From a candidate division WOR-3 bacterium (GTDB lineage: Bacteria > Hydrothermota > Hydrothermia > LBFQ01 > DSFT01), in the NCBI GenBank assembly GCA_965649115.1, contig CBFGJN010000030.1, positions 1 to 22,021 of the forward strand: a stretch of DNA of 22,021 nucleotides. Reading direction: 5' to 3'. Of the stretch, positions 1 through 8,914 are shown piece after piece (the first letter of the stretch is position 1; each line of letters begins with the position of its first letter). Both the position numbers and the translations under genes were made by a program. Below the pieces are notes generated by a model that was not told where the DNA came from, did not search any database, and saw nothing but the letters and a program-made list of their open reading frames with translations.

Positions 1-826
1 CAATTGAAGCATATCTTTTTATTAAATCTTCAATTTCAAGAGAATGTTTAAGAATTTTATAGTGAATTTCATTTGAGCTTTCAATATATTTCTTCTTATA
101 ATAAAATCTAAAAACTCTTAAAAAATTTATAAAATCCCTTGAATCTTGAATAGTTTTTGAAATTTCTAAAACCTCTTTAACACTTCTTATTTCATTTAAT
201 ATATTTAGCCAATCATTTATTGGATAATTATTTAATTGCTTCGCTATGCCAATTGAACCTTCTGAAATATCATAAATCAATTTTATATTGTAATTCCAAT
301 TGTATTCATAACTTGAAAATTCTTCAAAGCTTAAACATTTAAAAGAAATTTTTAAGGTTCTTGAAAGAATTGTAGGAAGAATTTTTAAATAGTTTGAAGT
401 TATTAAAATGAATGTTGTTCTATGTTGATATTCTTCAAGAATTTTTAAAAGTGAATTTTGGGCTTCAATTGTGAGCATATCTGCATCCATTATTACTACA
501 ATTCTTTTTTTTGCATAAATTGGTGGTTTTTGTAATTCAATTTTTAAATTCCTAATTTGTTCTATGGAGATATTTTTTAAATTGTCAAAATTTTCCGGTC
601 TTGGACCATAAGGCTTTAATTCACCAACACTAATAAAAATAATATCAGGATGATTTAATTTATAAATTTTTTCTTCTTGTTTTGGATTACATAAAGCACA
701 GAAATATAAAGCAACTGTGGATTTACCAATACCAAATTGTCCATAAAATAATAGTGGCGGTATATTACTAAATTTTGAAATAGAAATTAAGTTTTTTAAA
801 ATATCTTTATGGCCAATGATGTTCAT
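1..826 (-). CDS. holB: DNA polymerase III subunit delta' (partial, runs off the window start)
   Basis: Not in the ORF track; I translated it by hand from the ATG at 826, which overlaps the lptG stop (ATGA). It reads MNIIGHKDIL...LLFYGQFGIGKST...NHPD...ISIEQIR...DADMLTIEAQNSLLKILEE...ILPTILSR, the clamp-loader delta' motifs. The frame is still open at the window edge. Confidence 0.9.
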   Translation of the reverse strand, partial: MNIIGHKDILKNLISISKFSNIPPLLFYGQFGIGKSTVALYFCALCNPKQEEKIYKLNHPDIIFISVGELKPYGPRPENFDNLKNISIEQIRNLKIELQKPPIYAKKRIVVIMDADMLTIEAQNSLLKILEEYQHRTTFILITSNYLKILPTILSRTLKISFKCLSFEEFSSYEYNWNYNIKLIYDISEGSIGIAKQLNNYPINDWLNILNEIRSVKEVLEISKTIQDSRDFINFLRVFRFYYKKKYIESSNEIHYKILKHSLEIEDLIKRYASI

Positions 827-1908
827 TTTTCAATTCTAAACCAACCAGGAATACCAATTATTAAAAAGAATGAATTTGGTATCCATGCTGAAAGAATAGG
901 ATTTAACTTTCCAACAATCCCGAGTGTTCTAAAAGCTTCTGAAAGTCCCCAATATATAAAAACAAAAATAACAGCTATACCAAATCCCCAAGCTCTACCT
1001 TTACCTTTTATTGCAACAGCAATTGGAAGTGATAATATAATTGTTATGACATTCATAAAAGGAAATGCTATTCTTGTATGAAATTCTGTAAGTTCCGCAT
1101 TTACTTCAAAACCTGCTCTTTTAAGTTTTTCAATTCTATTTGTAAGTTCTTTCAAATTCATCTGTTGTAATTCCTTAATTTCAGTTAGAAATTCAAAAGG
1201 GCTTTCTTCAATTTCAAGATATTCTTTGCTTTTGATTTTATTTAAGTGAATTTCATTACTATTGAAAATTCTTTCTTCAATGTCATATAAAATCCATCTA
1301 TTATTTTCATATTTACCACTATTTGCATCAATTCTTCGTTTTATCCTGCCTTCCTTTTCAAGTTCAATAATAACAATACCATTAGCAGAACTCGTTAATG
1401 CACTTATGCTATTAAAGAAATAAACCTTATTCCCACTAACAAATGTTAAATTCATAGCAAATGTTCTTTCTTTTGGAATTCTTTTCCCTTCAATCTCAAC
1501 AGCTTTTATCCATTCAGCTTTTTTCATCCAAGAACCTACAACATCAAGATACAAAAAAAGCGAAATTATTGTCATTAAAATTGAAAAAATATAAATTGTT
1601 AAGAAAGTTCTTTTCATACTTATACCTATGGATTTTATTGCCATTATTTCAAATCTTCTTGATAAATCTCCTATTGAAAAAAACGAGGACAACATTAATG
1701 CAACAGGCAGCATTAGGACAAATAAGTAAGGAATTTGATAAAAATAGTACTTAACTATTGAAAATATCTTAAAGCCTTTTTGAGGATTTATAAAGCTATC
1801 AATATTCTCAAAAAAATTAACAATTATATAAAGCATTATCACCCCTAAAATAATTATGAAAAAAACTTTAACAAATTGCGTCAATATATAAATATCAATT
1901 TTTTTCAT
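823..1908 (-). CDS. lptG: LptF/LptG family LPS export permease
   Basis: MKKIDIYI start, three N-terminal TM helices, LSRRFEIMAIKSIGIS motif, periplasmic beta-rich region, C-terminal LNPILSAWIPN motif. LptG versus LptF assignment is tentative. Confidence 0.85.
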   Translation of the reverse strand: MKKIDIYILTQFVKVFFIIILGVIMLYIIVNFFENIDSFINPQKGFKIFSIVKYYFYQIPYLFVLMLPVALMLSSFFSIGDLSRRFEIMAIKSIGISMKRTFLTIYIFSILMTIISLFLYLDVVGSWMKKAEWIKAVEIEGKRIPKERTFAMNLTFVSGNKVYFFNSISALTSSANGIVIIELEKEGRIKRRIDANSGKYENNRWILYDIEERIFNSNEIHLNKIKSKEYLEIEESPFEFLTEIKELQQMNLKELTNRIEKLKRAGFEVNAELTEFHTRIAFPFMNVITIILSLPIAVAIKGKGRAWGFGIAVIFVFIYWGLSEAFRTLGIVGKLNPILSAWIPNSFFLIIGIPGWFRIEK

Positions 1909-3586
1909 ATTTTGCTTTTTCTTCCATTATTACTTTGAAAATAAGATCAACAGCTGAATTTATTTCAATTTCATATTTTTGACCATTATCTCTCCTTTGA
2001 ATTTCAATTTTATTTTCTTTAACTTTCCTACCAACAATAATTTTAAATGGAATTCCAATTAAGTCTGCATCGTTGAATTTAACACCAGGAGAAACATCTT
2101 CTCTATCATCAATTAGAATATCAATTTTTTCTTTTAAATTTTCATATAATTTATTTGCTGTCCCATCTCTTAAAATATCAATTATTACTGCTTCAAATGG
2201 TGAAATTGTTATAGGCCAAATAATTCCTTTTTCATCGTTATATAATTCCACTGCTCCTGCCATAATCCTTCCAAGCCCAATTCCATAACTACCCATTATT
2301 ATTGGTTTTAATGAGCCATCTTTATCTTGGAAATATGCTCCCATAATCTGTGAATATCTTGTTCCAAGTTTAAATATATGACCAATCTCAATAGCTTTTT
2401 TAACATCTAATTTATTTTCACAATTTGGACATAAATCACCACTTTTTACTTTTCTTACATCATAATAATTATTAAATTCTAAATTTCCTTTCCATCCAAC
2501 ATAGTGATAATCCATTTCATTTGCTCCAATAATTCCTTCATCCATATATTTAATTGATTCATCGGGAATAATTTCAACATTTTTTAATCCATAAGGACCT
2601 ATAAATCCAGAATAAGAACCTATTTTTTCAAAGTCTTCATCAGTAGCATATAAAAATGAACCAATAATTTTTCTTAACTTTTCTTCATTTACTTCATAAT
2701 CTCCTCTTATTAAAACCAAGTAAGGTTTATCATTTACAAAATAAAGAATACTTTTTATGATATTTTGTTTTTCAACTTTTAGGAAATTGGCTAATTCTTC
2801 AACTGATTTTAAGTTTGGGGTAAAAACTTTTTCAAATTTATCATATTTTGAAACTGCATAATTAGGAATTTTTGAAATAGCAACTTCTAAATTTGCGCTA
2901 TAACCACAATTTTCACAAATGGCAATTTCATCTTCACCTGCATCTGAAATAATAGCAAATTCTTCGGATTGATTTCCACCCATAAGCCCACTTGATGCTT
3001 TAAGATGGACAAATTTTAAACCACATCTCTTAAAAATCCTGATATAAGCAATTCTATGTAATTCATAACTTCTATCAAGTCCTTCCCAAGAGCTATCAAG
3101 TGAATAAGAATCCTTCATTAAGAACTCTCTAACTCTTAAAAGACCACCTCTTGGTCTTGGTTCATCTCTAAATTTTGTTTGAACTTGATACCAAATTTGA
3201 GGCAAATCTCTATATGAATGAATATGTTTCCTCGCTATTTCAGTAATAATTTCTTCATGTGTTGGCGATAAAGCATAATCCCTATTTTTCCTATCTTTTA
3301 CCCTAAACATATCATCACCATATTCATCCCATCTTCCACTTTCTTTCCATAAACTTGAAGGTGTTAAAGCAGGCATAAATAATTCTTGTGCTCCAATTCT
3401 ATCCATTTCTTCTGTAATTATTCTATAAATTTTCTTAATAACTTTCCATCCAAGCGGTAAGAATATAAATATTCCTGATGACAATTGCCTTATAAATCCA
3501 CCCCTAATTAATAGTTTATGACTTATATTTTCTGCGTCCTGTGGTTCTTCTCTTAATGTTGGGACAAAAATTTCACTAAATTTCAT
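1895..3586 (-). CDS. proS: Proline--tRNA ligase (bacterial type with editing insertion)
   Basis: PTLREEP, SHKLLIRGGFI, PTHEE, KFRDEPRPRGGLLRVREFLMKDSYS, IEIGHIFKLG, MGSYGIG motifs. Confidence 0.98.
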   Translation of the reverse strand: MKFSEIFVPTLREEPQDAENISHKLLIRGGFIRQLSSGIFIFLPLGWKVIKKIYRIITEEMDRIGAQELFMPALTPSSLWKESGRWDEYGDDMFRVKDRKNRDYALSPTHEEIITEIARKHIHSYRDLPQIWYQVQTKFRDEPRPRGGLLRVREFLMKDSYSLDSSWEGLDRSYELHRIAYIRIFKRCGLKFVHLKASSGLMGGNQSEEFAIISDAGEDEIAICENCGYSANLEVAISKIPNYAVSKYDKFEKVFTPNLKSVEELANFLKVEKQNIIKSILYFVNDKPYLVLIRGDYEVNEEKLRKIIGSFLYATDEDFEKIGSYSGFIGPYGLKNVEIIPDESIKYMDEGIIGANEMDYHYVGWKGNLEFNNYYDVRKVKSGDLCPNCENKLDVKKAIEIGHIFKLGTRYSQIMGAYFQDKDGSLKPIIMGSYGIGLGRIMAGAVELYNDEKGIIWPITISPFEAVIIDILRDGTANKLYENLKEKIDILIDDREDVSPGVKFNDADLIGIPFKIIVGRKVKENKIEIQRRDNGQKYEIEINSAVDLIFKVIMEEKAKYEKN

Positions 3587-3594
3587 AATTGAAA

Positions 3595-3600
3595 ATTTTA
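3595..3600 (-). promoter_or_regulatory. -10-like TAAAAT, 8 nt upstream of the proS ATG, overlapping the dprA stop codon
   Basis: Minus strand GGTTTAAAATTTTCAATT-ATG. Confidence 0.55.
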
Positions 3601-4635
3601 AACCCTTTCGTAGGAATTTCCAATTTGTCTAATTAATCCTTTTAATTCCAAAGATGTTAAAGCGGTTATTAGTTCTGAATAATTTGGAAAAATTTCTAAA
3701 AGTTCATCAATACTAACCCTTGAAATAATTTTTTCATAAACCTTTTTTTCAAATTCAGTTAATTCAATATCTTTTATATTTTTATTGGTTCCAAGACCAA
3801 AATTTAATAATATATCATCGGGGCTTTCAATAATTTGAGCAATATGTTCCTTAATTAACTTAATTGGACCTTTTGCTTGTGGAACATCTATTCTATTTGG
3901 AACCGTAAAAACATCTTTATTTAATTCAAAAGCATACTTTGCTGTTATTAAAGCTCCTGAATCCTCACTTCCTTCAACTAATAAAACTCCAATGCTTAAA
4001 GCAGAAATTGTTAAGTTTCTTATCGGAAATGTTTCCTTTGATGGTTTTGTTCCTATTGGAAATTGAGAAATTATTAAGCCACCTTCATTATAAATTTTTT
4101 TAAATAATTTTTCATTGCTTTTTGGATGTAAAATATCTATACCACTTCCAAGAACAACAATTGTATTAGGAAATGCTCCAAGATGTGCATAAGTATCTAT
4201 TCCAATAGCACCACCTGAAACAATAACCAAATTTTGAGATAAAGCATTTGAAAATTTATAAGCAATGTTTTTTCCATATTCACTTGGTTTTCTCGTTCCA
4301 ACAATTGCAAATTTTAATTTTTTAAGAAGTTCTATATTGCCCCAAGCATATAAAATTGGTGTTGTAAAATCATAATTTTTTAATTCCATTGGAAAATTTT
4401 CATCATCAAGTAATAAAATTTTTACATTTAGGGCTTTTGCTTTTTTAATCTCCTCCTCTGCTTTTTTAAAATCTAAATTCCTTACAGAAGGAATTAAATT
4501 TTTGGGAATAATTTCTAATAGTTCTTCCGTTTTAGCTTTAATAACATTTTCAACATTTTTAAATTTTTCAATTAGTTTTCTATATCTAACTGGTCCAATT
4601 CCATCAGTTAATATCAGAGCAAGTTTCTCAATCAA
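3598..4635 (-). CDS. dprA: DNA-processing protein DprA/Smf
   Basis: GIGPVRY N-terminal motif, AIVGTRKPSEYG, IVSGGAIGIDTYAH, FPIRN, SGALITA, C-terminal LTSLELKGLI winged helix. TTG start. Confidence 0.95.
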   Translation of the reverse strand: MIEKLALILTDGIGPVRYRKLIEKFKNVENVIKAKTEELLEIIPKNLIPSVRNLDFKKAEEEIKKAKALNVKILLLDDENFPMELKNYDFTTPILYAWGNIELLKKLKFAIVGTRKPSEYGKNIAYKFSNALSQNLVIVSGGAIGIDTYAHLGAFPNTIVVLGSGIDILHPKSNEKLFKKIYNEGGLIISQFPIGTKPSKETFPIRNLTISALSIGVLLVEGSEDSGALITAKYAFELNKDVFTVPNRIDVPQAKGPIKLIKEHIAQIIESPDDILLNFGLGTNKNIKDIELTEFEKKVYEKIISRVSIDELLEIFPNYSELITALTSLELKGLIRQIGNSYERV

Positions 4636-4638
4636 TTT

Positions 4639-5205
4639 TTAAATCACCTTCCCCGAAAATTTAAGACTTAAACTAATAATTTTATTTTCTTTTGGAATAA
4701 CATTTAAATTACTATTTTCACTATAAGTTGTTGTAATTGATGTAATGTAGTCAAAACCTATACCAAAACCAATATAAAATTGTTTTGATATTGGAAAAAG
4801 CATATTCCCACCTATTCCAAAACCTAAATTACTTCCATTTGAGCTTCCATTATCTCCATTAAGTGTTAAACTAACAATTTGCGGAGAAAATAATGCTTGA
4901 AATATAAAGTTTTGAGAAGAATAAAGACCTATTAAGAATTTGATTTGTGTTATATTAAAATTTGTTGTATTTTCAAATGTAAAGCCATAGTAATCCCACT
5001 TTGTATTTAATGAACCAGAATTTAACTTAACCTCAAATCCTAAAAGTAAAGGACTTTCCCTAAAACCATACGTTCCAGAAAAACCAAAGCTTATAGGTGT
5101 TCCATTTGTTGTTGGTTTCGTTGAAAACACTGAACCTTTATAAGAAAAATCAATTTTTGATATACTATAAGATGAAATTCCAAAATCAAAACCCAAGAGA
5201 AACAT
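4639..5205 (-). CDS. Hypothetical protein, probable small outer-membrane beta-barrel
   Basis: 188 aa rich in G/F/S/Y with alternating amphipathic strands (LGFGIGGNMLFPISKQFYIGFGIGFDY). The fold is an inference. Confidence 0.55.
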   Translation of the reverse strand: MFLLGFDFGISSYSISKIDFSYKGSVFSTKPTTNGTPISFGFSGTYGFRESPLLLGFEVKLNSGSLNTKWDYYGFTFENTTNFNITQIKFLIGLYSSQNFIFQALFSPQIVSLTLNGDNGSSNGSNLGFGIGGNMLFPISKQFYIGFGIGFDYITSITTTYSENSNLNVIPKENKIISLSLKFSGKVI

Positions 5206-5212
5206 ATTGAAA

Positions 5213-5218
5213 ATTTTA
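5213..5218 (-). promoter_or_regulatory. -10-like TAAAAT, 7 nt upstream of the ATG at 5205
   Basis: Minus strand reads GCTTTAAAATTTTCAAT-ATG; the same motif precedes eight other starts. Confidence 0.6.
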
Positions 5219-5240
5219 AAGCTTAAATAGATATTTTTGG

Positions 5241-5407
5241 GCTTTGTCTAGTAATTCGGAAATATAGATTATTTCTTATTTTTTTCCCACCCACCCTATG
5301 AATAAGGCTTCGCCCCCCATTAGATCCCCCATAAAATCAATAGTTTTATTGAAATTTTCGTAAGTCATTGATAATCAAGCATTTAGCAATAATTACTGGA
5401 CAAAGCA
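5241..5407 (-). mobile_element. MITE-like element copy 1 (167 bp, internal deletion)
   Basis: TIRs GCTTTGTCTAGTAATT (5241-5256) and AATTACTGGACAAAGC (5391-5406), 15/16 complementary. Flanked by the direct repeat TATTTTTGG (5232-5240, 5408-5416). Confidence 0.85.
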
Positions 5408-5455
5408 TATTTTTGGAATTATTAGACAACACAAAACAGAGTAATAATTATCCCT

Positions 5456-5461
5456 TAAAAT
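5456..5461 (+). promoter_or_regulatory. -10-like TAAAAT, 9 nt upstream of the secG ATG
   Basis: CCTTAAAATTTTCAAACT-ATG. Confidence 0.6.
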
Positions 5462-5470
5462 TTTCAAACT

Positions 5471-5785
5471 ATGCTTTATGGGTTTTTGCTTTTTATTTTT
5501 ATTTTGCTTGTAATTTTTATGATATTGATTATTCTTATTCAAGAACCTAAAACAGCGGGGCTTGGAAGTTTTCTTGGAGGAACTGAAACAGTATTCGGAG
5601 CAAAAGGAACAGTTACCTTTTTCACAAAATTAACTGCTGGAATTGGTGCTATTTTTATGATTTTATCATTTATATTGGCTATGATAAACAGGCCTTCTAA
5701 TTATGGTTCAGCAATTGAGGAAGCTATAAAGAAAGGGAACATTATGAAACAATTACCTGTTCAACCACAACAACCTAAGAAATAA
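5471..5785 (+). CDS. secG: Preprotein translocase subunit SecG
   Basis: Two TM helices with ILIQEPKTAGLGSFLGG...VFGAKG...FFTKLTA signature. Confidence 0.93.
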   Translation: MLYGFLLFIFILLVIFMILIILIQEPKTAGLGSFLGGTETVFGAKGTVTFFTKLTAGIGAIFMILSFILAMINRPSNYGSAIEEAIKKGNIMKQLPVQPQQPKK

Positions 5786-5787
5786 AA

Positions 5788-7302
5788 TTGAAAAGTGCTT
5801 TAATTTCTGTTTGGACAAAAGAAGGTATAGAAAATTACGCAAAAGAATTAATAGATTTAGGTTATGAAATTATATCTACTAAGGGAACATGTGAATATTT
5901 AAAAAATTTCAATATAAATGCTAAATCAATTGACGAAATTACCAATTTTGAGCCTCTATTTGATGGAAGAGTTAAAACATTACATCCTATTATATTTGGA
6001 GGAATACTATATAAGAGAAACAACTTAAAACATCAACTTCAAGCAAAAGAAAAAAATATCCCAAATATAGAAATTGTAATTGTTGATTTATATCCATTCT
6101 CAATTGCTTCAAAAGATGTCATAGATGAAGAAGAATTGTTTGAATTCATAGATATTGGAGGAATATCACTTATTAGAGCAAGTGCTAAAAACTATAAAGA
6201 TGTTATAATAATTGTTGATTTAGATGATTTAGATTGGGTTATTGAGAAAATTAAGAAAAATTCCCTTACAATAGAAGACAGAAAAAAACTCGCATTGAAA
6301 GGTTTTTATAAAAGTGCCGATTATGATAGTTTTATATACAATGAACTTTTAAGAAGATGGCAGTTTAACATGTATGATTTAGATTTAATTTTTTCTTATA
6401 GGATTGGTTATCATTTGAGATACGGTGAAAACCCTCATCAAAAAGCAAGTTTATTATTTAACAATTACATAAAAGGATTTGCTCAAGCATTAGATTACAT
6501 TTGGGGAAAGGAACTTTCTTATAATAATTTACTTGATAGTTTTAGTGCATATAGTGTTGTAATGGAATTCAACGAAAAGGCTTGTGCTATTGTGAAACAT
6601 AATAATCCTTGTGGTGTTGCTATTGGCAGTAATGAAGTTGAAATTTATAAAAAAGCTTATGAAAGTGATCGTTTATCTGCTTATGGTGGAATTATAGCTT
6701 TTAATTTTGAAGTTAATGATGATTTAGCAAAATTATTAAATGAAAATTTCTATGAAGTTATTATAGCAAATGGTTATACACAAAAAGCATTGGATATTTT
6801 AAAAGAAAAGAAAAACAGAAGAATTCTAAAAATTAATAATTACAAAAAGCCAAATTTCTATATAAGAGATTTAGGAGGAGATTTACTAATATGTGAAGAA
6901 GATTATATTTTGTACAATGAACTTAATGTTGTAAGTGGAGATAATTTAACTGAAGACGAAAAAAAGCAAATTGAATTTGGTATTAAAGTAATAAAGCATA
7001 TTAAATCAAACGCTATTTTGTTATTAAAAAACTTTTCAACCGTAGGAATTGGAGCAGGACAGATGAGTAGAATTGATGCCTTAAAAGTAGCTATAATGAA
7101 AGCAGGTGAAAAAGCAAAAGGCAGTATTTTGATAAGTGATGCGTTCTTTCCATTCCCAGATAGTATAGAGCTTGCTTATGAAAATGGAATTTATTTAATT
7201 GTTGAACCTGGTGGCTCAATAAGGGATAATGAAGTTATAAATAAAGCAAAAGAATATAACATAAAGTTAGTTTTTACAGGAATTAGACATTTTAGACACT
7301 GA
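5788..7302 (+). CDS. purH: Bifunctional AICAR transformylase/IMP cyclohydrolase
   Basis: ALISV, GRVKTLHP, IDIGG, LRYGENPHQ, KHNNPCG, GAGQMSR, SDAFFPF, PGGSIRD, RHFRH. TTG start. Confidence 0.98.
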   Translation: MKSALISVWTKEGIENYAKELIDLGYEIISTKGTCEYLKNFNINAKSIDEITNFEPLFDGRVKTLHPIIFGGILYKRNNLKHQLQAKEKNIPNIEIVIVDLYPFSIASKDVIDEEELFEFIDIGGISLIRASAKNYKDVIIIVDLDDLDWVIEKIKKNSLTIEDRKKLALKGFYKSADYDSFIYNELLRRWQFNMYDLDLIFSYRIGYHLRYGENPHQKASLLFNNYIKGFAQALDYIWGKELSYNNLLDSFSAYSVVMEFNEKACAIVKHNNPCGVAIGSNEVEIYKKAYESDRLSAYGGIIAFNFEVNDDLAKLLNENFYEVIIANGYTQKALDILKEKKNRRILKINNYKKPNFYIRDLGGDLLICEEDYILYNELNVVSGDNLTEDEKKQIEFGIKVIKHIKSNAILLLKNFSTVGIGAGQMSRIDALKVAIMKAGEKAKGSILISDAFFPFPDSIELAYENGIYLIVEPGGSIRDNEVINKAKEYNIKLVFTGIRHFRH

Positions 7303-7307
7303 AAACT

Positions 7308-8852
7308 ATGATAATTCAAATTTTAGCGATTACGCCTTCGGAAGCTTTCAACAGGGCAAGCACACTTCTAAATGAAAACAAATTAGATTCTGTTAGTTAT
7401 TATTTAAGTATTGCTTATAAGGAATTTCCGAATGAGGTTGAAAATTTAATTTACTTGAAGTATTTAGAAGATCAAAAAACAGGTTTCAACTTAGCTTTGG
7501 AATTTGTAAAGTTAAATAAAAAATCTTGGAAAATTTCATCAATTGCTCTTCTTGGTGTTATTGAAGAAAAAAAATATAAAGAAATAGAAAAATTTTTGGA
7601 AATTTTTCCTGAAACTACAACGATTGGTAAAGTAATAAGTTTTTATAGTTTAGTCCAAAATAAAAAGTACTACGAAGCTATTAATGTGGGTGATAATTTA
7701 CTAAGCTCTTTTAGATATGCAATAACAATTCTTACAAATTATCCACAACTTCTAGATACAAGCCAACTATTTTATCTTCTTTTAAGAAAACTTTCCATTG
7801 ATTTTTTGGATTTTGCTTGTCAAAATTTTTATATGGAAAAATGTTTGAAATATATTTCAATAATTGAAAGCAAAGAAAAAGCTAAGGAAATTTATAATTA
7901 TGTTATTTTATATGGATTTTTTGGTTTAATTTCAAATGCTAAAAATTTTGATGAAGCTTATAATCAGCTACTAAAATTCGTAAAGTTTATAAAGGATAAC
8001 AATTGTAATGACTATGAAAAATTATTAACCATCTTTACTTCAATTCAATATACTTTTGAAAATGAGAGTTATTATGAATACGAAAAATTTTTATCTGCTG
8101 TTGATACGCTTGAAAATTATTGCCCTAATAAGTTTAACATTAAAATAAAATTATTAAGAGCTTATGGTTTGAGGGGATTGGACAAGAATAAAAAAGCTCT
8201 TGAAATTCTATTATCTTTAAAAGACAGCTTAAATGAACCCCAAAAACGATTTCTTATTGCTTCAGCTATTGATTACCTTGACTTTGAACTCGCTAAAAAA
8301 TTAACAAATGAATTTAACATAAATGATTCCTCAATTTTAAGAATTATTGACCCTTCAAAGAATTGTGAATTGCTTTATAACCAAAGGAAATTAAAAGAAA
8401 TTTTAAAAGTTTGCGATGAAGATACACCTGAAAGGGCTTATGTCTATTTCTTATTATCAAAAAAAGATTCAGCAAATCAAATTATAAATAATTTAATCAA
8501 AAATCTTGAATTTTCAAATAAAAATTACACTTACTATTGGAATAAAGGTTGGTTTAAATTACTAATTGGGGATATTGATAGTAGCTATTATTTAACATTA
8601 AAAGCACTTGAAATGAAACCAAACAATTCTTTCTTAATTATGAACCTTGGAAGCATTCATTTAGCAAAACTTAAAGTAGATTCTGCAATTTATTATTATA
8701 AAAAGGCATATAAAGTTAATAGTGAATATGGAAACTATAAAGAAAGTTCATTTTTCCAAGTTCTAAAAAATGATATTGAACTTATTAGTAAAATTTACAA
8801 CTTAAAAGTAAATTCAAAAGAAATTTTGGAAAAAATTAAGAAAAAGGCTTAA
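7308..8852 (+). CDS. Tetratricopeptide-repeat-containing hypothetical protein
   Basis: Helical composition with C-terminal TPR-like repeats (YWNKGWFKLLIGDIDSSYYLTLKALEMKPNN; MNLGSIHLAKLKVDSAIYYYKKA). Confidence 0.7.
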   Translation: MIIQILAITPSEAFNRASTLLNENKLDSVSYYLSIAYKEFPNEVENLIYLKYLEDQKTGFNLALEFVKLNKKSWKISSIALLGVIEEKKYKEIEKFLEIFPETTTIGKVISFYSLVQNKKYYEAINVGDNLLSSFRYAITILTNYPQLLDTSQLFYLLLRKLSIDFLDFACQNFYMEKCLKYISIIESKEKAKEIYNYVILYGFFGLISNAKNFDEAYNQLLKFVKFIKDNNCNDYEKLLTIFTSIQYTFENESYYEYEKFLSAVDTLENYCPNKFNIKIKLLRAYGLRGLDKNKKALEILLSLKDSLNEPQKRFLIASAIDYLDFELAKKLTNEFNINDSSILRIIDPSKNCELLYNQRKLKEILKVCDEDTPERAYVYFLLSKKDSANQIINNLIKNLEFSNKNYTYYWNKGWFKLLIGDIDSSYYLTLKALEMKPNNSFLIMNLGSIHLAKLKVDSAIYYYKKAYKVNSEYGNYKESSFFQVLKNDIELISKIYNLKVNSKEILEKIKKKA

Positions 8853-8878
8853 TTATAGGGTGGGAAAAATACACCTCC
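8844..8878 (+). repeat. Degenerate remnant of the MITE-like element
   Basis: AAGGCTTAATTATAGGGTGGGAAAAATA resembles AAGGCTTGATTTTAGGGTGTGTGGG (21846-21870) and the equivalent part of copy 3. Confidence 0.55.
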
Positions 8879-8899
8879 ATAAATGGTTAACTTATGCTT

Positions 8900-8905
8900 T
8901 AAAAT
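8900..8905 (+). promoter_or_regulatory. -10-like TAAAAT, 9 nt upstream of the dnaK ATG
   Basis: TGCTTTAAAATTTTCAGGCT-ATG. Confidence 0.6.
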
Positions 8906-8914
8906 TTTCAGGCT

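Noticed and set aside
8853..8914. CIRCE operator upstream of dnaK
   Set aside because: No TTAGCACTC-N9-GAGTGCTAA inverted repeat is present.
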